DNA of 64,000 nucleotides, from assembly GCA_964016885.1 (NCBI GenBank), contig OZ024742.1, positions 369,706,001-369,770,000 of the forward strand, in the 5' to 3' direction. The notes under the pieces were generated by a model, which saw only the letters and a program-made list of their open reading frames with translations, was not told the origin of the DNA and searched no databases. Made by a program: the position numbers and the translations under genes. Below, one piece after another: positions 51,201-64,000 of this stretch. The DNA comes from Eledone cirrhosa (lineage: Eukaryota). Position 1 is the first letter of the stretch. The number at the start of each line of letters is the position of its first letter.

Positions 51201-54200
51201 AATAGACAGGTCAAGACATCCACTGTACAGCATCTTATTGTCTAGGTTGACATGGGTTAGACAGATCCTGTCTCACAATAGACAGGTCAAGACATCCACT
51301 GTACAACATCTTATTGTCTAGGTTGACATGGGTTAGACAGATCCTGTCCCACAATAGACAGGTCAAGACATCCACTGTACAACACCTTATTGTCTAGGTT
51401 GACATGGGTTAGACTGATCCTGTCTCACAATAGACAGGTCAAGACATCCACTGTACAACATCTGATTGTCTAGGTTGACATGGATTAGACTGATCCTGTC
51501 TCACAATAGACAGGTCAAGACATCCACTGTACAACATCTTATTGTCTACGTTGACATGGGTTAGACAGATCCTGTCTCACAATAGACAGGTCAAGACATC
51601 CACTGTACAACATCTTATTGTCTAGGTTGACATGGGTTAGACTGATCCTGTCTCACAATAGACAGGTCAAGACATCCACTGTACAACATCTTATTGTCTA
51701 GGTTGACATGGGTTACACAGATCCTGTCTCACAATAGACAGGTCAAGACATCCACTGTACAACATCTTATTGTCTAGGTTGACATGGGTTAGACAGATCC
51801 TGTCTCACAATAGACAGGTCAAGACATCCACTGTACAACATCTTATTTTCTAGGTTGACATGGGTTAGACTGATCCTGTCTCACAATAGACAGGTCAAGA
51901 CATCCACTGTACAACATCTTATCGTCTAGGTTGACATGGGTTAGACTGATCCTGTCTGACAATAGACAGGTCAAGACATCCACTGTACAACATCTTATCG
52001 TCTAGGTTGACATGGGTTAGACTGATCCTGTCTCACAATAGACAGGTCAAGACATCCACTGTACAACATCTTATTGTCTAGGTTGACATGGGTTAGACAG
52101 ATCCTGTCTCACAATAGACAGGTCAAGACATCCACTGTACAGCATCTTATTGTCTAGGTTGACATGGGTTAGACAGATCCTGTCTCACAATAGACAGGTC
52201 AAGACATCCACTGTACAACATCTTATTGTCTAGGTTGACATGGGTTAGACTGATCCTGTCTCACAATAGACAGGTCAAGACATCCACTGTACAGCATCTT
52301 ATTGTCTAGGTTGACATGGGTTAGACAGATCCTGTCTCACAATAGACAGGTCAAGACATCCACTGTACAACATCTTGTTGTCTAGGTTGACATGGGTTAG
52401 ACAGATCCTGTCTCATAATAGACAGGTCAAGACATCCACTGTACAACATCTTATTGTCTAGGTTGACATGGGTTAGACTGATCCTGTCTCACAATAGACA
52501 GGTCAAGACATCCACTGTACAACATCTCATTGTCTAGGTTGACATGGGTTAGACTGATCCTGTCTCACAATAGACAGGTCAAGACATCCACTGTACAACA
52601 TCTTATCGTCTAGGTTGACATGGGTTAGACTGATCCTGTCTCACAATAGACAGGTCAAGACATCCACTGTACAACATCTTATCGTCTAGGTTGACATGGG
52701 TTAGACTGATCCTGTTTCACAATAGACAGGTCAAAACATCCACTGTACAACATCTTATTGTCTAGGTTGACATGGGTTAGACAGATCCTGTCTCACAATA
52801 GACAGGTCAAGACATCCACTGTACAACATCTTATTGTCTAGGTTGACATGGGTTAGACTGATCCTCTCTCACAATAGACAGGTCAAGACATCCACTGTAC
52901 AACATCTTATTGTCTAGGTTGACATGGGTTAGACAGATCCTGTCTCACAATAGACAGGTCAAGACATCCACTGTACAACATCTTATTGTCTAGGTTGACA
53001 TGGGTTAGACTGATCCTGTCTCACAATAGACAGGTCAAGACATCCACTGTACAACATCTTATTGTCTAGGTTGACATGGGTTAGACAGATCCTGTCTCAC
53101 AATAGACAGGTCAAGACATCCACTGTACAACATCTTATTGTCTAGGTTGACATGGGTTAGACTGATCCTGTCTCACAATAGACAGGTCAAGACATCCACT
53201 GTACAACATCTTATCGTCTAGGTTGACATGGGTTAGACTGATCCTGTCTCACAATAGACAGGTCAAGACATCCACTGTACAACATCTTATTGCTAGGTTG
53301 ACATGGGTTAGACAGATCCTGTCTCACAATAGACAGGTCAAGACATCCACTGTACAACATCTTATTGTCTAGGTTGACATGGGTTAGACTGATCCTGTCT
53401 CACAATAGACAGGTCAAGACATCCACTGTACAACATCTTATTGTCTAGGTTGACATGGGTTAGACTGATCCTGTCTCACAATAGACAGGTCAAGACATCC
53501 ACTGTACAACATCTGATTGTCTAGGTTGACATGGATTAGACTGATCCTGTCTCACAATAGACAGGTCAAGAAATCCACTGTACAACATCTTATTGTCTAG
53601 GTTGACATGGGTTAGACTGATCCTGTCTCACAATAGACAGGTCAAGACATCCACTGTACAACATCTTATTGTCTAGCTTGACATGGGTTAGACAGATCCT
53701 GTCTCACAATAGACAGGTCAAGACATCCACTGTACAACATCTTATTTTCTAGGTTGACATGGGTTAGACTGATCCTGTCTCACAATAGACAGGTCAAGAC
53801 ATCCACTATACAACATCTTATTGTCTAGGTTGACATGGGTTAGACAGATCCTGTCTCACAATAGACAGGTCAAGACATCCACTGTACAACATCTTATCGT
53901 CTAGGTTGACATGGGTTAGACTGATCCTGTCTCACAATAGACAGGTCAAGACATCCACTGTACAACATCTTATCGTCTAGGTTGACATGGGTTAGACTGA
54001 TCCTGTCTCACAATAGACAGGTCAAGACATCCACTGTACAACATCTTATTGTCTAGGTTGACATGGGTTAGACAGATCCTGTCCCACAATAGACAGGTCA
54101 AGACATCCACTGTACAACATCTTATTGTCTAGGTTGACATGGGTTAGACTGATCATGTCTCACAATAGACAGGTCAAGACATCCACTGTACAACATCTTA

Positions 54201-57200
54201 TTGTCTAGGTTGACATGAGTTACACAGATCCTGTCTCACAATAGACAGGTCAAGACATCCACTGTACATCTTATTGTCTAGGTTGACATGGGTTAGACAG
54301 ATCCTGTCTCACAATAGACAGGTCAAGACATCCACTGTACAACATCTTATTGTCTAGGTTGACATGGGTTAGACAGATCCTGTCTCACAATAGACAGGTC
54401 AAGACATCCACTGTACAACATCTTATTGTCTAGGTTGACATGGGTTAGACTGATCATGTCTCACAATAGACAGGTCAAGACATCCACTGTACAACATCTT
54501 ATTGTCTAGGTTGACATGAGTTACACAGATCCTGTCTCACAATAGACAGGTCAAGACATCCACTGTACAACATCTTATTGTCTAGGTTGACATGGGTTAG
54601 ACAGATCCTGTCTCACAATAGACAGGACAAGACATCCACTGTACAACATCTTATTGTCTAGGTTGACATGGGTTAGACAGATCCTGTCCCACAATAGACA
54701 GGTCAAGACATCCACTGTACAACACCTTATTGTCTAGGTTGACATGGGTTAGACTGATCCTGTCTCACAATAGACAGGTCAAGACATCCACTGTACAACA
54801 TCTGATTGTCTAGGTTGACATGGATTAGACTGATCCTGTCTCACAATAGACAGGTCAAGACATCCACTGTACAACATCTTATTGTCTACGTTGACATGGG
54901 TTAGACAGATCCTGTCTCACAATAGACAGGTCAAGACATCCACTGTACAACATCTTATTGTCTAGGTTGACATGGGTTAGACTGATCCTGTCTCACAATA
55001 GACAGGTCAAGACATCCACTGTACAACATCTTATTGTCTAGGTTGACATGGGTTACACAGATCCTGTCTCACAATAGACAGGTCAAGACATCCACTGTAC
55101 AACATCTTATTGTCTAGGTTGACATGGGTTAGACAGATCCTGTCTCACAATAGACAGGTCAAGACATCCACTGTACAACATCTTATTTTCTAGGTTGACA
55201 TGGGTTAGACTGATCCTGTCTCACAATAGACAGGTCAAGACATCCACTGTACAACATCTTATCGTCTAGGTTGACATGGGTTAGACTGATCCTGTCTCAC
55301 AATAGACAGGTCAAGACATCCACTGTACAACATCTTATCGTCTAGGTTGACATGGGTTAGACTGATCCTGTCTCACAATAGACAGGTCAAGACATCCACT
55401 GTACAACATCTTATTGTCTAGGTTGACATGGGTTAGACAGATCCTGTATCACAATAGACAGGTCAAGACATCCACTGTACAACATCTTATTGTCTAGGTT
55501 GACATGGGTTAGACTGATCCTGTCTCACAATAGACAGGTCAAGACATCCACTGTACAGCATCTTATTGTCTAGGTTGACATGGGTTAGACAGATCCTGTC
55601 TCACAATAGACAGGTCAAGACATCCACTGTACAACATCTTGTTGTCTAGGTTGACATGGGTTAGACAGATCCTGTCTCATAATAGACAGGTCAAGACATC
55701 CACTGTACAACATCTTATTGTCTAGGTTGACATGGGTTAGACTGATCCTGTCTCACAATAGACAGGTCAAGACATCCACTGTACAACATCTCATTGTCTA
55801 GGTTGACATGGGTTAGACTGATCCTGTCTCACAATAGACAGGTCAAGACATCCACTGTACAACATCTTATCGTCTAGGTTGACATGGGTTAGACTGATCC
55901 TGTCTCACAATAGACAGGTCAAGACATCCACTGTACAACATCTTATCGTCTAGGTTGACATGGGTTAGACTGATCCTGTTTCACAATAGACAGGTCAAAA
56001 CATCCACTGTACAACATCTTATTGTCTAGGTTGACATGGGTTAGACAGATCCTGTCTCACAATAGACAGGTCAAGACATCCACTGTACAACATCTTATTG
56101 TCTAGGTTGACATGGGTTAGACTGATCCTCTCTCACAATAGACAGGTCAAGACATCCACTGTACAACATCTTATTGTCTAGGTTGACATGGGTTAGACAG
56201 ATCCTGTCTCACAATAGACAGGTCAAGACATCCACTGTACAACATCTTATTGTCTAGGTTGACATGGGTTAGACTGATCCTGTCTCACAATAGACAGGTC
56301 AAGACATCCACTGTACAACATCTTATTGTCTAGGTTGACATGGGTTAGACAGATCCTGTCTCACAATAGACAGGTCAAGACATCCACTGTACAACATCTT
56401 ATTGTCTAGGTTGACATGGGTTAGACTGATCCTGTCTCACAATAGACAGGTCAAGACATCCACTGTACAACATCTTATTGCTAGGTTGACATGGGTTAGA
56501 CAGATCCTGTCTCACAATAGACAGGTCAAGACATCCACTGTACAACATCTTATTGTCTAGGTTGACATGGGTTAGACTGATCCTGTGTCACAATAGACAG
56601 GGAAAGACATCCACTGTACAACATCTTATTGTCTAGGTTGACATGGGTTAGACTGATCCTGTCTCACAATAGACAGGTCAAGACATCCACTGTACAACAT
56701 CTGATTGTCTAGGTTGACATGGATTAGACTGATCCTGTCTCACAATAGACAGGTCAAGAAATCCACTGTACAACATCTTATTGTCTAGGTTGACATGGGT
56801 TAGACTGATCCTGTCTCACAATAGACAGGTCAAGACATCCACTGTACAACATCTTATTGTCTAGGTTGACATGGGTTACACAGATCCTGTCTAACAATAG
56901 ACAGGTCAAGACATCCACTGTACAACATCTTATTGTCTAGCTTGACATGGGTTAGACAGATCCTGTCTCACAATAGACAGGTCAAGACATCCACTATACA
57001 ACATCTTATTTTCTAGGTTGACATGGGTTAGACTGATCCTGTCTCACAATAGACAGGTCAAGACATCCACTGTACAACATCTTATCGTCTAGGTTGACAT
57101 GGGTTAGACTGATCCTGTCTCACAATAGACAGGTCAAGACATCCACTGTACAACATCTTATCGTCTAGGTTGACATGGGTTAGACTGATCCTGTCTCACA

Positions 57201-60200
57201 ATAGACAGGTCAAGACATCCACTGTACAACATCTTATTGTCTAGGTTGACATGGGTTAGACAGATCCTGTCTCACAATAGACAGGTCAAGACATCCACTG
57301 TACAACATCTTATTGTCTAGGTTGACATGGGTTAGACTGATCATGTCTCACAATAGACAGGTCAAGACATCCACTGTACAACATCTTATTGTCTAGGTTG
57401 ACATGGGTTACACAGATCCTGTCTCACAATAGACAGGTCAAGACATCCACTGTACAACATCTTATTGTCTAGGTTGACATGGGTTAGACAGATCCTGTCT
57501 CACAATAGACAGGACAAGACATCCACTGTACAACATCTTATTGTCTAGGTTGACATGGGTTAGACAGATCCTGTCTCACAATAGACAGGTCAAGACATCC
57601 ACTGTACAACATCTTATTGTCTAGGTTGACATGGGTTAGACAGAACCTGTCTCACAATAGACAAGTCAAGACATCCACTGTACAACATCTTATTGTGTAG
57701 GTTGACATGGGTTAGACAGATCCTCCTCTCACAATAGACAGGTCAAGACATCCACTGTACAACATCTTATTGCTTAGGTTGACATGGGTTAGACTGATCC
57801 TGTCTCACAATAGACAGGTCAAGACATCCACTGTACAACATCTTATTGTCTAGGTTGACATGGGTTAGACAGATCCTGTCTCACAATAGACAGGTCAAGA
57901 CATCCACTGTACAACATCTTATTGTCTAGGTTGACATGGGTTAGACTGATCCTGTCTCACAATAGACAGGTCAAGACATCCACTGTACAACATCTTATTG
58001 TCTAGGTTGACATGGGTTAGACAGATCCTGTCTCACAATAGACAGGTCAAGACATCCACTGTACAACATCTTATTGTCTAGGTTGACATGGGTTAGACAG
58101 ATCCTGTCTCACAATAGACAGGTCAAGACATCCACTGTACAACATCTTATTGTCTAGGTTGACATGGGTTAGACAGATCCTGTCTCACAATAGACAGGTC
58201 AAGACATCCACTTTATAACATTTATTGTCTAGGTTGACTTGGGTTAGACAGATCCTGTCTCACAATAGATAGGTCAAGACATCCACTGTGCAACATCTTA
58301 TTGTCTAGGTTGACATGGGTTAGACAGATCCAGTCTCACAATAGACAGGTCAAGACATCCACTGTACAACATCTTATTGTCTAGGTTGACATGGGTTAGA
58401 CAGATCCTGTCTCACAATAGACAGGTGAAGACATCCACTGTACAACATCTTATTGTCAAGGTTGACATGGGTTAGACAGATCCTGCCTCACAATAGACAG
58501 GTCAAGACATCCACTGTACGACATCTTATTGTCTAGGTTGACATGGGATAGACAGATCCTGTCTCACAATAGATAGGTCAAGCCATCCTCTGTACAACAT
58601 CTTATTGTCTAGGTTGACATGGGTTAGACAGATCCTGTCTCACAATAGATAGGTCAAGACATCCACTGTACAACATCTTATTGTCTAAGTTGACATTGGT
58701 TAGACAGACCCTGTCTCACAATAGACAGGTCAAGACATCCACTGTACAACATCTTATTGTCTAAGTTGGCATGGGTTAGACAGATCCTGTCTCGCAATAG
58801 ACATGTCAAGACATCCACCGTACAACATCTTATTGTCTAGGTTGACATGGGTTAGACAGATACTGTCTCACAATAGACATGTCAAGACATCCACTGTACA
58901 ACATCTTATTGTCTAGGTTGACATGGGTTAGACAGATCCTGTCTCACAATAGACAGGTCAAGACATCCACTGTACAACATCTTATTGTCTAGGTTGACAT
59001 GGGTTAGACAGATCCTGTCTCACAATAGACAGGTCAAGACATCCACTGTACAACATCTTATTGTCTAGGTTGACATGGGTTAGACTGATCCTGTCTCACA
59101 ATAGACAGGTCAAGACATCCACTGTACAACATCTTATTGCTAGGTTGACATGGGTTAGACAGATCCTGTCTCACAATAGACAGGTCAAGACATCCACTGT
59201 ACAACATCTTATTGTCTAGGTTGACATGGGTTAGACTGATCCTGTGTCACAATAGACAGGGAAAGACATCCACTGTACAACATCTTATTGTCTAGGTTGA
59301 CATGGGTTAGACTGATCCTGTCTCACAATAGACAGGTCAAGACATCCACTGTACAACATCTGATTGTCTAGGTTGACATGGATTAGACTGATCCTGTCTC
59401 ACAATAGACAGGTCAAGCAATCCACTGTACAACATCTTATTGTCTAGGTTGACATGGGTTAGACTGATCCTGTCTCACAATAGACAGGTCAAGACATCCA
59501 CTGTACAACATCTTATTGTCTAGGTTGACATGGGTTACACAGATCCTGTCTAACAATAGACAGGTCAAGACATCCACTGTACAACATCTTATTGTCTAGC
59601 TTGACATGGGTTAGACAGATCCTGTCTCACAATAGACAGGTCAAGACATCCACTATACAACATCTTATTTTCTAGGTTGACATGGGTTAGACTGATCCTG
59701 TCTCACAATAGACAGGTCAAGACATCCACTGTACAACATCTTATCGTCTAGGTTGACATGGGTTAGACTGATCCTGTCTCACAATAGACAGGTCAAGACA
59801 TCCACTGTACAACATCTTATCGTCTAGGTTGACATGGGTTAGACTGATCCTGTCTCACAATAGACAGGTCAAGACATCCACTGTACAACATCTTATTGTC
59901 TAGGTTGACATGGGTTAGACAGATCCTGTCTCACAATAGACAGGTCAAGACATCCACTGTACAACATCTTATTGTCTAGGTTGACATGGGTTAGACTGAT
60001 CATGTCTCACAATAGACAGGTCAAGACATCCACTGTACAACATCTTATTGTCTAGGTTGACATGGGTTACACAGATCCTGTCTCACAATAGACAGGTCAA
60101 GACATCCACTGTACAACATCTTATTGTCTAGGTTGACATGGGTTAGACAGATCCTGTCTCACAATAGACAGGACAAGACATCCACTGTACAACATCTTAT

Positions 60201-63200
60201 TGTCTAGGTTGACATGGGTTAGACAGATCCTGTCTCACAATAGACAGGTCAAGACATCCACTGTACAACATCTTATTGTCTAGGTTGACATGGGTTAGAC
60301 AGAACCTGTCTCACAATAGACAAGTCAAGACATCCACTGTACAACATCTTATTGTGTAGGTTGACATGGGTTAGACAGATCCTCCTCTCACAATAGACAG
60401 GTCAAGACATCCACTGTACAACATCTTATTGCTTAGGTTGACATGGGTTAGACTGATCCTGTCTCACAATAGACAGGTCAAGACATCCACTGTACAACAT
60501 CTTATTGTCTAGGTTGACATGGGTTAGACAGATCCTGTCTCACAATAGACAGGTCAAGACATCCACTGTACAACATCTTATTGTCTAGGTTGACATGGGT
60601 TAGACTGATCCTGTCTCACAATAGACAGGTCAAGACATCCACTGTACAACATCTTATTGTCTAGGTTGACATGGGTTAGACAGATCCTGTCTCACAATAG
60701 ACAGGTCAAGACATCCACTGTACAACATCTTATTGTCTAGGTTGACATGGGTTAGACAGATCCTGTCTCACAATAGACAGGTCAAGACATCCACTGTACA
60801 ACATCTTATTGTCTAGGTTGACATGGGTTAGACAGATCCTGTCTCACAATAGACAGGTCAAGACATCCACTTTATAACATTTATTGTCTAGGTTGACTTG
60901 GGTTAGACAGATCCTGTCTCACAATAGATAGGTCAAGACATCCACTGTGCAACATCTTATTGTCTAGGTTGACATGGGTTAGACAGATCCAGTCTCACAA
61001 TAGACAGGTCAAGACATCCACTGTACAACATCTTATTGTCTAGGTTGGCATGGGTTAGACAGATCCTGTCTCACAATAGACAGGTGAAGACATCCACTGT
61101 ACAACATCTTATTGTCAAGGTTGACATGGGTTAGACAGATCCTGCCTCACAATAGACAGGTCAAGACATCCACTGTACAACATCTTATTGTCTAGGTTGA
61201 CATGGGATAGACAGATCCTGTCTCACAATAGATAGGTCAAGCCATCCTCTGTACAACATCTTATTGTCTAGGTTGACATGGGTTAGACAGATCCTGTCTC
61301 ACAATAGATAGGTCAAGACATCCACTGTACAACATCTTATTGTCTAAGTTGACATTGGTTAGACAGACCCTGTCTCACAATAGACAGGTCAAGACATCCA
61401 CTGTACAACATCTTATTGTCTAAGTTGGCATGGGTTAGACAGATCCTGTCTCGCAATAGACATGTCAAGACATCCACCGTACAACATCTTATTGTCTAGG
61501 TTGACATGGGTTAGACAGATACTGTCTCACAATAGACATGTCAAGACATCCACTGTACAACATCTTATTGTCTAGGTTGACATGGGTTAGACAGATCCTG
61601 TCTCACAATAGACAGGTCAAGACATCCACTGTACAACATCTTATTGTCTAGCTTGGCATGGGTTAGACAGATCCTGTCTCACAATAGACAGGTCAAGACA
61701 TCCACTGTACAACATCTTATTGTCTAGGTTGACATGGGTTAGACAGATCCTGTCTCACAATAGACAGGTCAAGACATCCACTGTACAACATCTTATTGTC
61801 TAGGTTGACATGGGTTAGACTGATCCTGTCTCACAATCGACAGGTCAAGACATCCACTGTACAACATCTTATTGTCTAGGTTGACATGGGTTAGACAGAT
61901 CCTGTCTCACAATAGACAAGTCAAGACATCCACTGTACAACATCTTATTGTGTAGGTTGACATGGGTTAGACAGATCCTGTCTCACAATAGACAGGTCAA
62001 GACATCCACTGTACAACATCTTATTGTCTAGGTTGACATGGGTTAGACTGATCCTGTCTCACAATAGACAGGTCAAGACATCCACTGTACAACATCTTAT
62101 TGTCTAGGTTGACATGGGTTAGACAGATCCTGTCTCACGATAGACAGGTCAAGACATCCACTGTACAACATCTTATTGTCTAGGTTGACATGGGTTAGAC
62201 AGATCCTGTCTCACAATAGACAGGTCAAGACATCCACTGTACAACATCTTATTGTCTAGGTTGACATGGGTTAGACTGATCCTGTCTCACAATAAACAGG
62301 TCAAGACATCCACTGTACAACATCTTATTGTCTAGGTTGACATGGGTTAGACAGATCCTGTCTCACAATAGACAGGTCAAGACATCCACTGTACAACATC
62401 TTATTGTCTAGGTTGACATGGGTTAGACTGATCCTGTCTCACAATAGACAGGTCAAGACATCCACTGTACAACATCTTATTGTCTAGGTTGACATGGGTT
62501 AGACAGATCCTGTCTCACAATAGACAGGTCAAGACATCCACTGTACAACATCTTATTGTCTAGGTTGACATGGGTTAGACTGATCCTGTCTCACAATAGA
62601 CAGGTCAAGACATCCACTGTACAACATCTTATTGTCTAGGTTGACATGGGTTAGCCTGATCCTGTCTCACAATAGACAGGTCAAGACATCCACTGTACAA
62701 CATCTTATTGTCTAGGTTGACATGGGTTAGCCTGATCCTGTCTCACAATAGACAGGTCAAGACATCCACTGTACAACATCTGATTGTCTAGGTTGACATG
62801 GATTAGACTGATCCTGTCTCACAATAGACAGGTCAAGACATCCACTGTACAACATCTTATTGTCTAGGTTGACATGGGTTAGACAGATCCTGTCTCACAA
62901 TAGACAGGTCAAGACATCCACTGTACAACATCTTATTGTCTAGGTTGACATGGGTTAGACAGATCCTGTCTCACAATAGACAAGTCAAGACATCCACTCT
63001 ACAACATCTTATTGTGTAGGTTGACATGGGTTAGACAGATCCTGTCTCACAATAGACAGGTCAAGACATCCACTGTACAACATCTTATTGTCTAGGTTGA
63101 CATGGGTTAGACTGATCCTGTCTCACAATAGACAGGTCAAGACATCCACTGTACAGCATCTTATTGTCTAGGTTGACATGGGTTAGACAGATCCTGTCTC

Positions 63201-64000
63201 ACAATAGACAGGTCAAGACATCCACTGTACAACATCTTATTGTCTAGGTTGACATGGGTTAGACAGATCCTGTCTCACAATAGACAGGTCAAGACATCCA
63301 CTGTACAACATCTTATTGTCTAGGTTGACATGGGTTAGACAGATCCTGTCTCACAATAGACAGGTCAAGACATCCACTGTACAACATCTTATTGTCTAGG
63401 TTGACATGGGTTAGACAGATCCTGTCTCACAATAGACAGGTCAAGACATCCACTGTACAACATCTTATTGTCTAGGTTGACATGGGTTAGACTGATCCTG
63501 TCTCACAATAGACAGGTCAAGACATCCACTGTACAACATCTTATTGTCTAGGTTGACATGGGTTAGACAGATCCTGTTTCACAATAGACAGGTCAAGACA
63601 TCCACTGTACAACATCTTATTGTCTAGGTTGACATGGGTTAGACTGATCCTGTCTCACAATAGACAGGTCAAGACATCCACTGTACAACATCTTATCGTC
63701 TAGGTTGACATGGGTTAGACTGATCCTGTCTCACAATAGACAGGTCAAGACATCCACTGTACAACATCTTATTGTCTAGGTTGACATGGGTTAGACTGAT
63801 CCTGTCTCACAATAGACAGGTCAAGACATCCACTGTACAACATCTTATTGTCTAGGTTGACATGGGTTAGACTGATCCTGTCTCACAATAGACAGGTCAA
63901 GACATCCACTGTACAACATCTTATTGTCTAGGTTGACATGGGTTAGACTGATCCTGTCTCACAATAGACAGGTCAAGACATCCACTGTACAACATCTTAT
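24255..64000. repeat. 76-bp satellite, ~520 copies, >39.7 kb, running off the window end
   Basis: Monomer gacatccactgtacaacatcttattgtctaggttgacatgggttagac(t/a)gatcctgtctcacaatagacaggtcaa; period 76 (24255, 24331...), occasional 75/73/77-bp variants. Confidence 0.99.

Noticed and set aside
14455-64000. CRISPR-like array
   Set aside because: Head-to-tail monomers with no unique spacers, no cas genes, eukaryotic context.

Overview
Eukaryotic, repeat-dominated window with no intact host gene visible. The SINE, RTE and CR1 repertoire and the (TA)n tracts resemble a coleoid cephalopod such as Octopus (inference only). About 80% of it is tandem repeat: a 48-bp satellite with a 144-bp higher-order repeat (1-1017), a (GGT)n tract (1017-2245), a 28/29-bp minisatellite (~14455-24045) and a 76-bp satellite of ~520 copies (24255-end). 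The 2.3-14.5 kb interval holds nested mobile elements: a decayed CR1-clade LINE interrupted by a 5'-truncated RTE-clade LINE, several tRNA-derived SINEs with TSDs, a 1.4-kb insertion with Helitron-like ends and a 183-bp-arm palindrome, and Penelope-like fragments. Main observations: (1) a perfect 165-bp-arm palindrome carrying a minimal hammerhead ribozyme motif on each strand; (2) the three satellites can each be traced, with varying strength, to a transposon end: an RTE 3'UTR, a TTAA-CCC piggyBac-like junction, and the right TIR+TA of an adjacent mariner-like MITE; (3) a C4HC3 PHD finger inserted near the C-terminal end of the RTE reverse transcriptase domain. All alignments were made by eye.
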